64,000 nucleotides of DNA from Prorocentrum cordatum (taxonomy: Eukaryota): contig CAUYUJ010000001.1 of assembly GCA_963575745.1 (NCBI GenBank), positions 1,054,001 through 1,118,000 of the forward strand, written 5' to 3'. Below, piece by piece: positions 38,201-52,148 of this stretch; positions within the stretch are counted from its first letter, which is position 1; the number at the start of each line of letters is the position of its first letter. The notes below the pieces were generated by a model. It did no database searches and was not told where the DNA came from. It was given only the letters and a program-made list of their open reading frames with translations. Position numbers and translations under genes: made by a program.

Positions 38201-39169
38201 TGCCACCTACCAATCGCGCCCCTCGCGTTTTCATCATGTGCGTTGGCTCAGTGTCGTCGCGTTTCGGTTTCTCGTCCGCACTCTTCCGCATACTTTCGGG
38301 GGAATGTTGCGATGCAGGGCAAGTGGATGGATAACTCCCCCCGAAGGGGACGACTCAAAATGCAAATATCCCGACCACCTACGCCCAAATGGTTGGTGGT
38401 AGTGCTGGCGCGCGGTCTCCGAGGCGAAGCATGTTTCCTTCCAGTGGAAGAGACAGATCATCATTGTTGTTTCGAATGGCATGTACGACGTGCAGCCCCT
38501 CCTCGCGCACCCGTCCCCCTCCCGTCTCCGCTCCGTTGGCCAGGCTCTGTGCGACGGGGCTCGGAGCGTTTGAAGACGTCGAACGGCGATAAGAAATATC
38601 TCAGTACGACGCGCATGCGCGAACAACAAGTCGACACCGTATCACCTTGGCAGACTAAGCGGAAAGAGGCAGTGCGAAGAAGGTGCGGACAAGTTGGGGC
38701 ATAGAGTATTAGATTTGCAGGCGGCAAGGTAGTCCCCTCCCACTTCCTCCACTGCGTGAGATTCCACCCCCCCCATCCGTCATGCCTCCTCTCCCACCTA
38801 TCTCCCCATGTTCGTCTCCGTGATCTTGCTCAGCCTACTACTCGCGCCCTTACTGCACATGACGCGGTTTCCCTTGGGCTTCCCCGCCCTTACGCTGACC
38901 TTGCTCGGCTTTCTGCCGCTGTGCCCCAGAGAGCCAGCCCACGGGCCAGTGACGTGGATCCGTGGGCGCCCGCAGCGCTGGCACGACGAGCCCTCTTCGA
39001 ACGACATCGCGTGTGGCGCTGCCGGCTTTTCTGGCATTGTTGCGGTTCACGCTTCGGTGCCCATGTTTCAGCGTTCGTTGCGGAAGAAAAAACCACTTCC
39101 CTGCCTCCCCGTTGCCCTCACATTTCTCTTCCCTCTCGCCCTCCCTCGCTCCGACAGAAGCCGCTCGAG

Positions 39170-39208
39170 GGCGGCTTCCTCGTACTGCTGCGGCGCAGCG
39201 AGGCCAAG
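39170..39208 (+). CDS. ArfGAP-PDZ exon 7 (GGFLVLLRRSEAK), PDZ beta-A
   Basis: 39 nt, phase 0, AG|G acceptor, GA donor. Confidence 0.6.
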
Positions 39209-41711
39209 GACCCGCATCGCGCGCGGCGCCCAGCCCCAGAGGGGAGCGCATGCGTCGCTCGCCCAGCACGCGGCGCACTGCCGCAGTGGCTGGTGAAGTG
39301 CGGATTCGCAGGGCTGAAAATGTTTGCTGCCCCGGGGGAATCGTAAAGTTCTCTTCGGCGGCGAGCGAGGGGGGAAGTGCTTGCTCTGGGGGTCGATGGA
39401 GACCTGGGGCCGTGCGAAGCTCTGGGAAGCCTGGGCATTTACTCGGAGGTGCTGGGAACACTGAACAGGCACTGGAATGCATGTGGAGACCTAGGGGCTC
39501 TGGGTGGCTTCGGGAGGCGCTGAGCGACCTTGGGAGGCTACGCGAGCCTCTAGCGGTGACCCAGGGCTGATTTCCTGGAGGCGGGAGCGGGGCAGAGAGG
39601 ACAGCCAGCCTCGCGTCGTCGGGACAGCGGGCGACGGCGGCGGTCAGAGGGAGGGGCGTCCGGCCCAACCATATCACTCGTGCCTTTCTACACCCCTCTG
39701 GAAAAGTAGGTTGCGCGCAGGCGCCCTCTTCTCCACGCGGTGTGCCGCGCCAGCGGCCCGCGTGAGCAGCGGCGTAAGGTCGCTATGTCATAGCGTGCAT
39801 GGCCCGTCTCCTTCGTCGTTCACATGGACCTGGAGGAGGGAATTAAGTGATTGCTGCGTGTGGTGATGGAAAAGAGGGGAGAGGGTGGGAAAAGGGGAGG
39901 CAGCACAACCTGAGTGGGGGTAGGGAAGACAGGTCGGGAGGTGGGAGGGGAAATATAATTAGGGTGGGGGGGAAGCGGGGTTGGGGGGATGGAAGAAGGG
40001 GGTGGGGGAGGGAAACAGAGGTGGGTAAGTCCAGATGGAGCATGCAAGATTGGTGGTGTACTTGAAGTCGGCATGTACGAGATGTTCGTTTGTTTTTGCA
40101 ATATCGTTCAGAGACGTTGGTTATATCCACCCTGGACGTATGTTGAAAGTGACCTAGACCCAAAACTTGTGTCCAAAGTCGAATATGAGAGAGCACGGAA
40201 GACAGGCGCCAAAATATGGCGCCTGCCTGCAGTGCATTCCCACATCACGTTCACCGAGAAGGAAAACAGCCAGGAGGTTCACCCCATTCCGCCGACCCCC
40301 AGAAGAGGAGACGGGCGTCGTCCGATTTCGCATGTGTTGTTTGCCGCGCCCCGTCGTGCTGCCTGCGTGTAGTTGCTTCTGGGTCGGCCCCTCCTCCTCC
40401 GCGCATGTTGCGCGCGGCTTTCAGGGGGGCCTCTGGGAGGCCTCGGGGGGCGGCCTCTTTGGAGCCTTTTCGCGGCCCCTGGATGCTTTGGGGGCTGCTT
40501 GAGGGCAGGTTGAGTTTCTGGGGGGCCATCTTGTGAGGTGGAGGGCTCCCAGGGCCCCTGCGAGGTCCCCGTCTTGGGCCTCTCCGTCCCCTCTTGGGAT
40601 CCTCTGGAAGGCTGTTCCGGCCTTCTTGGGGGCTTGTTGGGCAGTCTTGGGGCTCCATTGGGCCATCTCCGAGCCCTCTCGGGGGGCTTGTTCGGCCGTC
40701 TTCGGCCAATCTGGAGGGGGGCTTCTCGGGCCGTCTCGGCGCTCAGAGCCCCGACACTCACTCCGACATGGCGAGAGCGTGGAAATCATTCAAAAACAGA
40801 TAGGAGATTCACGAGTTTAGCATCTTGTCGCCGTCTTGTGAGTCCTCTTGGGCCCTCTTTGGGCATCTTCCAGGCCTCTTGAGCCATCCTGAGGCCATCT
40901 TGGGTGTTCGTGAAACCCTTGCGCTCTTCTTAAGCCGTCTTGGAAGGTAGTTTGAACACCTCGGAGGCATCGGAGGGTGGATTCGAAGGCTCCGAGCGCA
41001 CCAGAAGGTGGGTTGGCGAGTTCGCGAAAGGACCCCCCTAACGGGATTCTGGACCCCAGGGAAGGGGGACAGCCAGTCATGCTCGTCCGGATCATATGGA
41101 TTGAAAAGGAGTAGATTTACAGAAGTAGTGTCATGAATGCCCGTTCTCGTGAGCAATTGCTTGTAGTGTGCATTTGGCATTCGCACCTCTCGGTGCCCTT
41201 CGGCCGAAGCCCTGTCTTCGTACCGCCCAGAATCATGACCCTCGGATGTCTCCGCAGGTCCCTGGAGGACCCCGACCCCGGGCCCCAACACGGCAGAAGC
41301 CATCAGTTCTGAAAATTTGCTTGTCGCGGCGACGTGGGTCCAAGACGCGGTCGGGGCAGCCGAGGGACGCTTCGGGGCCAAAGGAGGCACAGCAGGAGCA
41401 GGAGAGGCGCGAAGAGAGGAGTGGAAGCCGCGGGTGGCGGAACACGCTCAGACCGTGATGTTCTTGTGCGCGCGTGCTGGAGCACAAGCTTACACGGGCA
41501 GCAAGCGGGAGCGGTGAGGCGGCCAAAGGACCAGGGTGCGGCAAGCACAAGAAATGCCATGGGCCTCGACCCTTGGAGACTGCGCATGCAAGTCCTGCGG
41601 AGGACGGTCCTGGCTGCAAGGGCAGTACAGAGGGGCCTCGGCCCCGGGAGACTGCGCAGGAAAGTCATGCGAAGGACAGTCCAGGTCGCAAGGGCAGTAC
41701 AGAAGTCCCAT

Positions 41712-41834
41712 GGCATCGCTCGGACGTGTGCATCCTTTCTGCGAGGACCATCGAGAAGCATCCTGGACCATCTTGCGAAGCCTAAACGCACGAAACCGAA
41801 ACATGCACGGGGGAATGGACGTCCGAGCGATGGC
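41712..41834. mobile_element. MITE (catcgctcggacgt...acgtccgagcgatg); internally deleted copy 42798-42866
   Basis: 14-bp TIR and shared acgcacgaaacc core; preceded by a 2x ~72-bp tandem duplication at 41561-41703. Confidence 0.7.
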
Positions 41835-42422
41835 AAGGTCCAGAACAAAGATCGCACACGTCGCCAGAGCACGAACCACGGGGCGAAGACCAGCGGCCTG
41901 GGGCAGCGAGTCGTTCATTCCGAAAGGTCGAGCGTGAAGACGGCCAGGGCCAAGCCATGGCAGACTGGGACTGGACGAAGGCCGGACGCCGAGAGCCCGA
42001 ACGCGAAAAAGCACCGGAGACATCTGTCCGAGAACCGCCTCGGCCCTCGAGGGTCGAAGGCATATAGCTTCGCACCCGCGGCCTCCTCCGCACGTGCTCC
42101 GGGAGGGAGGGAGAACGGCGGTGGACCGGAGGCAGCGGGCAGAGACCGACGTGCTGCGGGCTCCGGGGAGTCTGCTTGCATGGAGCGGCGGGGGAGGGGT
42201 TCGGCGGGGCCCCTCGCGGGGATCCAGGCTTCGCGCGAGTCCGCGCTCGCCTGCACGCTTGTTCGGGTCGGTACTTTGTCGAAGGACGGCGGAGGAGGGG
42301 CGACGGGAAGGGAGGGGGGAGGGGCAGATGGGCGGGGGTGGACGGGCGGGCAACGTGCCATGCAGGTGAGATTGCCGGAGCTCAGCTCAAGGGGCGCCTT
42401 GGGACCCCCCTCGCACCGCGAG

Positions 42423-42463
42423 GAGCCGTTCGGCCTCAGCCCGTCCAAGTTCGCGCTGGCCAG
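42423..42463 (+). CDS. ArfGAP-PDZ exon 8 (EPFGLSPSKFALAR), carboxylate-binding loop PFGL
   Basis: Phase-2 GC donor matches the next exon. Confidence 0.65.
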
Positions 42464-44074
42464 GCGGGCCGTGCGCAGAGGAGGTGGGCGGGCGGGTGGA
42501 GCGCGAGGCGGTGGCCCTCCGCCAGGAGGCAGGAGCGCAGGAGCCCCAAGGGGGCCTCTCGGAGGCCAACCCCACCCCGGCAGCTTGAGGAGCCCTCTGC
42601 CTCATGAGGTGACAACTGGGACCAGGACCTGTGCGATCGCCAGATTTCTCGGGGCTGAGTTTCGTGGGGGGGGCTACGGGCGCGCGAGGTGGGACGAGGG
42701 TCCCCGATCGATGGGGAGCCCCCCCTAGGGGGTCCGACAACTCGGACCCACACCTGCAGCGCCTTCATCGCCTTGGCGTTCCCCATTCCTTCCTCTTGGC
42801 ATCGCTCGGACGTAACACGCACGAAACCCAACAATGCACTGGGAGTGGACGTCCGATTGATGGCAAGTCCTCCTCCATATAAGTTTTGTGTGTGAGTGTC
42901 TGTGCTTGTGCTTGTGTTTGTGTTTGTGTATGTGTTGATGTGTGTGTTTGTGTGTGTGTGCTTGTGTTTGTGTGCGTGGTTGCGAGTTTGTATGTTTGTG
43001 TGTGTGTTTGTGATTTTGTGTTTGTGTGTGTTGTTTGTTGGGTGTTTTTTTGTATGTTTCTGTGTGTTGCTCTTTCTTCACCTTCGGTCCGAGACCGCCC
43101 TGGCCCAGGGGAAAGCCCAGGAACCGGCGTATACCCTGGTCCAGGTTTTAGTTGTTGTGCGACTTCTCACTCCATGACAGCCTTGCCGGACGGCCATCTG
43201 ACGCTTGCGTGTATTCCCTTTTGCCTCTTCCTTGTCAGACAAGTTGCGCTGGCAAAGAATTTCAGGGAAGCTTCAGAGACGGCCTCCTGAGCATCCCGTG
43301 AGTGAAGCCCCACAGGGCCCCGACGGGGGCTCCGAGGTGCATCAGAGATGAGTTGGGGGGGGGGGCACTTTGGGTCCAGGAGCACCTCTGGTGGCCTCCG
43401 GTTTTCGAGGCCTCCGATCCCCTCCGAGAAAGCCCCACCCCCTGCCTTGAAGGCCCCCCCCTCGCTTTACAGCTGGCACGATGGTCAGGAGCGTTTGCTT
43501 AGCGTGCCGCGCCGCCAATTCTGGCCTACTGTGGGACCGAAGTGTAAGATCGAGGTCGGCTCGGGGAGGTTACCCTGATGTTCTTCGTGTCTCTTGGCTG
43601 TGCTTGTGCCTCCTGGGAGACAGCCCCCTCGAGTGTTCTTCGGTGTGGCCAGCGGAGGGCCTCATGTCCTTGCAGGATGCGATTCTGTCTTGGGTCTGGC
43701 CGCACCACGCCTCGGCGCGACACGCCAACCGCGTCCCAGTTTCCCAGTCATCAGCGTGCCGAGCTGTCCTCGGCCTCCCGCCCCACCAGAGCAGGAGAGA
43801 GGCACACCACCGGTTGCGAGGCACCGCGTGCCGCAGGGACCGCCGCCGCGACACGCGAAGCCACAAATCCCGACCGCAAGAGCGACCCCAGCTGTGGACG
43901 GCTTCCCCTCGCCTCCTTCGCGTACGCGTGTCGGGCTCTCCACGCGCTCTCCCTCCCTCCCCCCCGCCCCGCGCCCCGCGGCCGCCTCGCCTCTCTTTAC
44001 CTCTTGCCGCCGGTTCACTCGCGCTTTCCGTTGCCCGGACCGCTCGAGCGCGCGTGCGGATTGCCTCTGCCTCG

Positions 44075-44282
44075 GGGGCAACGATAGGAGGGGATAGGCA
44101 TCGGGGGGGACGCATCGACCCCCAATCGCCCATTGATCGCCGATAGGGGCCCGATAGCCCCAGCCTGCCCAGGAAGGTGCGGATTCACTATCGGAGGGAC
44201 CTCTCCGATCTACGGGCGATGTATCGCCGATTCTAGGTCGATGCATCCCCCCCTACGCCAGTCCCCCCCTTATCGTTGCCCC
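44075..44282. mobile_element. TCA-family MITE
   Basis: ggggcaacgatag ... tatcgttgcccc|tca. Confidence 0.8.
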
Positions 44283-44881
44283 TCACTGCCGCGCTGCGAC
44301 GCAAACATTGGGCCCTCCACCTGAAGAGATCCCTGTTCGCTTTGCGGTACCTCCGCGGGGCCTCGCGCCGTCGGCGAGCGGGCTGGTGCTCTTGGGCCCA
44401 CGGTCCTGTGGCCGCGCTTCGGCCGCACCGCCCTTTGGGATGCAACTCCTGGGAGGCTCACTGCAGCACCGGCGCTGCTAATTATGCCCATGGCTGCGGG
44501 CTGGCGCCATCCGCCACTGCCCCGTGTGACGCTGTTCTCTCCAGCTGAGGTTCGGTGCACTCCCCCGGCCGGATCCGGCCTGATCTGGCTGAATGGCCCC
44601 CTGAATCGGGTTCAGTGGCCCTCAGAGTCAACCCGCATAGTAAGGACAAGCGGCTTTCCAAGGTTGCCCTTGCATCTTTCCCCTTCGGCCCGTCCTTGGC
44701 CGGTTTCGCTGGCCACGCCCCGCTCGCAAAGTGTTGGCATGGCCGTCCAAGGTCCTTGCATCCTCATCGTGCGTCCTCATGAGACGGGTTGGCTGTAATC
44801 GGGGTCAGTCGCCCTCAATCGTTTCTTCGAAGACCTCCCAGGAGCTGGCTCCCATCCCCTCCCCGAGCGCCGCCCTTGCAG

Positions 44882-44945
44882 GGGCGTGCTGCAGCTGACG
44901 CTGGTGACCCCGGGCTCTCCGGCCGCGCAGTGGAACGAGGCCCAG
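44882..44945 (+). CDS. ArfGAP-PDZ exon 9 (GVLQLTLVTPGSPAAQWNEAQ)
   Basis: PDZ V-x-PGSPA motif; frame absent from the ORF track; GA donor. Confidence 0.75.
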
Positions 44946-46169
44946 GACGCTTCCCTGCCGTGCGGCCCTGGGAGGCTCCGGCGAGACCTCCTCCCAGAGC
45001 TCATGTCGACTCCTCCGACGCGATTCGCTTGAATTCCGATCGATTCCGATTCGATTCGACTTCAGATTCCGATTTGGATTTGGATTTCGGTTTCTCCATG
45101 GAGGCCTTACTAGCCTGGTGATTTCCGCCGATTCAATGTGTCCCGATTTGGCTGCCGCTTTCCGCCGATGCGATTCACTTCGATCGCCGATCCGACTTGT
45201 CGATTCGATTCCGGGCTCTCCTGCCCCCTCGCAGGCGACTTCTCGCCCCCAGTCCCCGAGTTCCTCCCCAAAGATCAGGCCGCTCAGAGGAGAAAAGAAG
45301 CTCAGGGATGCCCAGAGGAGGGGAAAAGGTACGGGTACCGCCGCGCCACCCTCTTGGCCACGCCTGCATTCGCGGCGACATCCTGCCCAGAACGCACCCC
45401 GGGAGAGGTCCAGAGAGCAACGGGATCGGCATCTTCTGCCCTCCCTCCGGACGCGCCCCTGGGGGGCTGCTCGGGCGTACCAGTTTCGAGGATTGACGCC
45501 TCCCCATCGTGCATCCACGAGGTCGGCACACTCGTTTGTTCAGCCGAAGCTCCCGCACAGCATCGGGGGCTGGGGTCGCCAGGCTCCCCGTCGTCCTTCC
45601 CCTCGCGGGCTCGCTACCACAACGGGCCTGGGGAGCCCGAGGTCCACAGAGCAAGCGAGCACAGCACCCCGGCCCCCACACAGGCAGGCAGAGGGAGAAG
45701 AGGGAGGATAGAAAGAGAGAGAGAGAGAGAGAGAACGAGAGAGAGAGAGAGATGTCTGGGTCGGGAGTTGGCCCAGCCCTTACCCACCTTTACCCCTCTC
45801 CCCTCCCAGAGCCAGGGAAGGCAGCCCTCCCAACTGCAGCCGCTGGTAGCCGCACGCTGCGCAGTGGAAAGCTTGCTTGTTCTTCAGCAGGCACTGCTGA
45901 CCCATCGTTTGCTGCCTTTCTCGGCGGCGCGCCCGGAGGGGAAGCGAGAAGGAGCGGGCCGTCTGAGAAGGTGGCGGGGCTTCTCAGAAGCCGATGGCGC
46001 CTTCTGAGAAGTCCCACCAGCCCTCTGGGCGACAGGTGGTCTAACGATATGTTTCTTTCTCCTGCCAAAAACCCCTTCTTCCCCTTCGGGGAGGGGCCTA
46101 CCCCTCCCACTACCCCCTCCCTTGGACCTGGAGGGGGGGGGGGTCGTGAAGTGCCAGAGGGCCCTTTTT

Positions 46170-46640
46170 CGCCCAAGATGGCTGCAAGAGGGCCTCAGAG
46201 AGCCCAAGATGACCTCCAAGATCGCTCAAGATAGCCCAACATGGCTCACGATAGCTTGCAACATGCCTCCAAGAGGCCCCAAGAGGGCCACAAGACGATT
46301 CCAGGTGCCTTTGGTGACCCCTCAGGACTTTCCGAGAAGCCCAAATCCTTCAAAATCATAAGAAAAGCATTGATGTTTGCCTTCTCGTGTTTTCGCTTCC
46401 GATGCGCTTTTGAGGCATCAAGATAGCCCTAAGATGGCCCAAGAGAGCTCCAAGAAGGGCCCAGCCCAAGAGGCCCCCAAGACTGCCCCACCATGAGGGC
46501 CTCAAAAGAGCCCCAAGAGGACCCTAAGACCCAAGATGCCCCAAAAGAGCTCCAAGAAGACCCCAATATTCCCCAATACAGCCACGTAGCTCGAAGAAGG
46601 CCTCCGATACTCCAAGATGACCTCCAAGATGGCTCAACGC
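46170..46640 (+). repeat. Degenerate CCAAGA/GGCCCC low-complexity repeat family
   Basis: Same-sense blocks at 56330-56690, 61830-62140, 62940-63300; reverse-sense blocks at 40430-40960, 47815-48300, 57320-58135. Confidence 0.8.
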
Positions 46641-47139
46641 CGACCTTCCTCTCCTATCCTTGCACGCGCTGTTTCACTATATGTGTCTCTTCGTCCCTTT
46701 TTTCGTCAGCTCTCATGGGCAGGGCTTCTGAATGGGATGGTGGGGACTCGCGAAGCGTAAACAATTTCCTGTGTCTTCGGGGAAGGATTGGGGATTTTTT
46801 CAGAAGGCCCGAGGCCTTCCGAGCCCTCTGAGAAGGTCCGCCCCGTCTGACGTCCCCCATCGGGCTCGCCGTCAACTGTCTTGCGTTTGCTTGTCCTTCT
46901 CGGCGTCGAGGCAGCGAACCCAGGCACCAGACCATCTGGCGAAGCATAAGCGGCGGCCCGCGAGCGGAGGAATTCGCTGCCTCGTGATGGATCCACTCCT
47001 CCTCTTCCCTCCTCCTTAGCTGGCCTCCTTCTCCTCCTTCTCCCCGTTCCCTCTTCTCCTCTCTCGGCAGGCTCCACCACCTTCCCTCTCCTCCTCCCCC
47101 TTCATCCTGCTCCGCATTCTTCGCTGCCCCGCCGCCAAG

Positions 47140-47244
47140 GAGGACACGACTCTGCAGTTGCAGGTGGGCGACTGCGTCGTGAGCGTGAACGGCGTCCCGC
47201 TCACGCGCGAGGACGGCTGCCGCAGCGCCCTGCGAGAGGTCAAG
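47140..47244 (+). CDS. ArfGAP-PDZ exon 10 (EDTTLQLQVGDCVVSVNGVPL...LREVK)
   Basis: PDZ LQVGD-x-V-x-SVNG motif; AG|G acceptor, GA donor. Confidence 0.85.
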
Positions 47245-48574
47245 GACCCCCGGCCGCGTGCGCACTTGCAGTCACCGCGGTCGTCACCGTGGTGCCGCCG
47301 GTCGTCGCCGTCTCTTGGGATCTGGGCGTTGCATGTTTTCGAAAACGGGCGTTCTAGCCCGGTTTCGATCTGGCCCCCAGGACTCGGGTCGTTCTTTTTC
47401 GCCATGTAGCAAGTTTGCCCCAACGTTGGATCTCAGGGTCGTTCTGAGGGCCCTCCTGGGGGACCCTCGTCGCCACGGCCAGATTCGCCCAGAAGCCGCG
47501 GACACATCGCGCCTATGGGAGAGGTCTGGGGACCAATTCCCTTCTTGTCTCTCTCCTCCTCGTCACTCTCGTCCCTCTCGTCCCTGGCTCCCTCCTCGCC
47601 CCTCCCTCCCCATCCTTCGCCGGTCCTCCCCCCCCTCGCCCCCTGCTCCTCAAGCCCATCGGCTCATATCCATGTCACCTGCGGCTAGTTCGCCACCGCG
47701 CCAGCGAAGCACGCTGTGTGCCGACCCGTTCGAGCACCACCCGCAAGGCCGTCACATGTGACACCTCTCGTATGCGCTTGAGGAGGAGCTCCCACGAGGC
47801 TGACTCGCGAGGCTGAGTTGGGCAGTCTCAGGACCGTCCTGGGCCCCTGTGGAGCAGCAGTGGGGCTCCCTCGGGGTACTCTTCGGCCATCGTGGGGCTC
47901 TCAAGGGCAATCTTGGGGCCGTCTGGGGGGTCTCTTGAGCCGCCTTGGAGCCGTCCTAGGCCATCTAGGGGCCGTTTTGCGGTTCTGGGTCCTCTTGGTT
48001 TTCGACGACCGCAGGTGGATGGATCATTGGGCCGAAAGAGGGTGGAAAGCGAAAAGCATCGAAACACATCCGGAACATCAAAATGTTTGGTATCCTCGAG
48101 AGCGTCTTGGCGTTTGCACGAAGGCATGTTGGAAGAAGCTTCTTGGAACCTATTGGGTGTTTCCGAATGGGTCTTAGGGTGCGTCTTGAGGCGATCTTGG
48201 GCCACCTGGGCCACCTTGATGGACTTCCTGGGCTGCCGTGGAAGCCTCGGAGAGCCTCCGAGAGCGCCATGGAGCCGTCGGGCCGCCAGGGAGGCCTCAG
48301 AAGGGGGAGGGATGCATGCGATAGGGCGGTAGGAGAGCGGCCCGCCCCCATAGAAGACTGCAGGGACCCTATCAGACCGCACGTGGCATTCTACCACGAC
48401 TCGACCTGCCAGGGTGGGCACGGTGGCGGAATTTCCCCTTCCACGCTGCCTCGGCTCCCCTCTCGCTGCCGTCCCTTACCCTGTCCTTGATCCCCTCTCC
48501 CCCTCCACATCCGCTCCGAATGCCACAATGGGAACCACGACCTACACCCCATCCTCCTCCCCCTTCTGACCACA

Positions 48575-48959
48575 GCCACCACCACCACCACCCTCACCAT
48601 CACCATCACCATCCTAATAATAATAAGAAGAAGAAGAAGAAGACGAAGAAGAAGAATCATCATCATCATCATCATCATCAGCATCAGCATCAGCATCAGC
48701 ATCAGCATCAGCATCAGCATCAGCATCGTCATCGTCATCGTTATCGTCATCGGCATCATCACGATCCTCATCCTCATAATCATCAGCATCATCATCAGCA
48801 TCTGCATTAGCATCATCGTCATCGTCATCAGCATCATCATCGTCATGATCAGCATTACTAAACCATCACCACCATCATCAGCATCAGCATCATCATAGTC
48901 GCAATCATCATCATCAGCATCATCACCGCCATCATCATATTATCCATCATCATCGTCAG

Positions 48960-49011
<52 letters not shown>

Positions 49012-49821
49012 TTCATCATCATCATCATCATCACCGTCATCATCATAACCAACATAGTCAGCATCATCATCGTCATCCTCATCATGGTCGCCGTCGTCAT
49101 CAACAGCAGCAGCCGCATCACTATCATGACCAAAATTATCATCATCATCATCGTCATGCGCATCATCAGCATCAGCAGCAGCATCATCGTCAGCAGCATC
49201 AGAATCGTCAACAGCATCAGCATCAGCCGCATCATGATCAGCATCAGAAACAGCATCGTCGGAATCATCACCATCATCATCATCATCAGCATCATCGTTG
49301 CCATCATCATCGCCATCGCCCTCAGCATCATCCACATCATCATCAGCATCATGATTATCATCATCGGCATCATCATCAGCACCATCGTCACCGTCGCCTT
49401 GACCATCAGCATAATTACAAGCATCTTCATAGCATCGTCATCAGCATCATCACAAGCATAATCAACATCTTCAGCATCATCATCACCATCATCATTGTCA
49501 TCATCATCGCCATCAGCAGCAGCATCAACACCCTCATCGTCATCATCATCGTCTGCGTCGCCATCGTCATCATCGTCGTCATCGTCGTCATCATCGTCAT
49601 CAGCATCACCATCATCACCACCACCGTCATTATCAGCATCATCGCCATCAGCATTATCAGCATCATCATCATAATCATCATCATCAGCACCATCATCCGT
49701 AGTACCAGATTGAATCATCATCGTCATGGTCGTCAGCATCAGCAGCATTATCAGCATCAGCAGCATCATCGGCTTCACCTGCATCAGCCGCAGCATCATC
49801 AGCATCAACATCAACAGCAGT

Positions 49822-49873
<52 letters not shown>

Positions 49874-50517
49874 GGATCATCATCTTCATCGATAATATTA
49901 TTGACAGCATCCTCATCATCGTCATCGGTATCGCCATCATCACCAGCATCATCAGCAGCATTAGCATCACAATCATCATCATCATCATCATCATCATCCT
50001 CACCAGCAGCACCCTAAGCATCATCATCAGCACCATCACCATCATCAGCATCATCATAACCAACATCGCATCATCATCATCACCGTCATCATTATCATCG
50101 TCATCATCATCATTATCAGCATCATCGTCATAATCATGATCATCAGCAGCAGCATCGACATGAACATCATCGGCATCGTCGTCGTCGTCGTCATCGTCAT
50201 CATCATCACCACCATCATCATCATCATCATCATCATCAACGTCATCAGCATCGTCATCGTCAGTATCAGCATCCTCATCATCGTCATCATCGTCATCATC
50301 ATCACCATCGTCGTCATCGTCATCATCATCCTGCTCGTCATCGTCGTCGCAATCATCATCAGCAGCAGCATCAGCATCAGCATAACCATCTTCATCGGCA
50401 CGCATCGTCATCATCGCCATCAAGAGCAGCATCGTCATAGACATCAGCAAACTTAATTATCATCACCATGATCATGCTCATCGTAATCATCATCAGCAGC
50501 ATCCTCAGCACCATCAC

Positions 50518-50553
<36 letters not shown>

Positions 50554-51264
50554 AACCAACATCTGCATCATCATCATCATCATCAAAATTAGCAGCAGCA
50601 GCAGCATTATCATCAGTAGCACCTGTGCCGTTGGGTGCCCTCGTGGCGTCCCAGGAAAACAGGCGGGTTGGCAGCCCGATCGTTACCACAGCCCGACGGG
50701 GCTGTGGGAGAGTTTCTTGCTTTGTGGTTTGCCAATCACAGTAGGTGCGGGCACGCCGCACCACCCCTGAGAGACCCGATGGGGCTACTCGAATGGGTCG
50801 CCCGACGGGGGGGGCGCGGGAACTAAAGTCCTCGGGCAGCGGGATCTCCGCTGTTTGAGGACGGCAGCCATGCGGGGGTGGTGCCGGTGACCGTGTTTCG
50901 GGGTGGCATCTCGAGGCACCGCGCAACGGCGCCGCAACGGCGGGACATCTTCATCGTCGTCATCGCTACCAGCATAAGCATCATCATCAGAATCGCCAGC
51001 ATCCCCAGCATTAGCATCATCATCGTTATCATCATCATTACCATGATTACCTTCATCGCCATCTTGATCATCAGCCGCTCTGTATCACCGGCATCGCCAG
51101 CAGCATCATCATCATCATAATTGCCAAGGTCGTCAGCATCAGCATCGTCATCATCAGCAGCATCAGTACCATCAGCAACAGCATCATCAGCAGCAGCATC
51201 CATACAATCATTACCATTATAATCATCATTATCATCATCATCATCATCATCATCAGCATCATCC

Positions 51265-51295
<31 letters not shown>

Positions 51296-51302
51296 TATCA
51301 TT

Positions 51303-51351
<49 letters not shown>

Positions 51352-51506
51352 GCATTATCATCATCATCGTCATCGCCATCGTCGCCACTAGCATCATCAT
51401 CAACAATAACAGCATCATCATGTTCAGCTTCACCATCACCATTACCGCTACCACTATGTATCATCATCACCGTCAGCATCAGTACCGTCGTCGTCTTCGT
51501 CAGCAG

Positions 51507-51560
<54 letters not shown>

Positions 51561-51660
51561 TAGCATCATCAGCAGCAGCATCCCCGTCACCGTCATCACC
51601 GTCATCGTAATCGTCATCGTCACCAGCATCAAGAACATCGTCTTCTTCATCGTCTTCGTC
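48575..51660. repeat. ~3-kb degenerate (ATC/AGC/GTC)n microsatellite field
   Basis: Direct reading; interrupted at 50619-50945. Confidence 0.95.
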
Positions 51661-52148
51661 TTTCCCATGCCTTGCCGAAGCCAGCCTCCTGCCCTGGAAT
51701 TCTTTTGCGTGCCCGGACAGAACACCTGGGCGACACAACCCGAAGGGAGGTGCCCAAGGTGCCTGCATGAATTCACATGCAGTCGGACCTCGCAACACGA
51801 ACGGCGGCACGGACCGCCCCCGGCGTTATCCGCGCCGCCGTTGCGAGGTGCCTCGAGATGCCACCCCGAGACACGGCCACCGGCACCACCCCCACTTGGC
51901 CGCCGGCCTCAAGCAGCGGAGGCCCCGCTGCCCAAGGACTTAAGTTCCCGCGCCCCCCACGTCGGGGGACCCCTTCGAGTAACCCCATCGGGCCTCTCAG
52001 GGGTAGTACGGCGGGCCCGCACCTACGGTGGCTGGCCAACCACAGGGCAAGAGTCTCTCCCACAGCCCCGTCGAGCTGTGGTGACGATCGGGCTGCCAAC
52101 CCGCCTGTTTTCCTGGGACGCCACGAGGGCACCCAGCGGCACAGGTGC
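50619..52148. repeat. Pair of ~315-bp inverted repeats (50619-50933 and 51835-52148)
   Basis: gcacctgtgccgttgggtgccctcgtggcgtcccaggaaaacagg... is mirrored at 52148; also visible as near-identical +/- ORFs. Confidence 0.9.
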
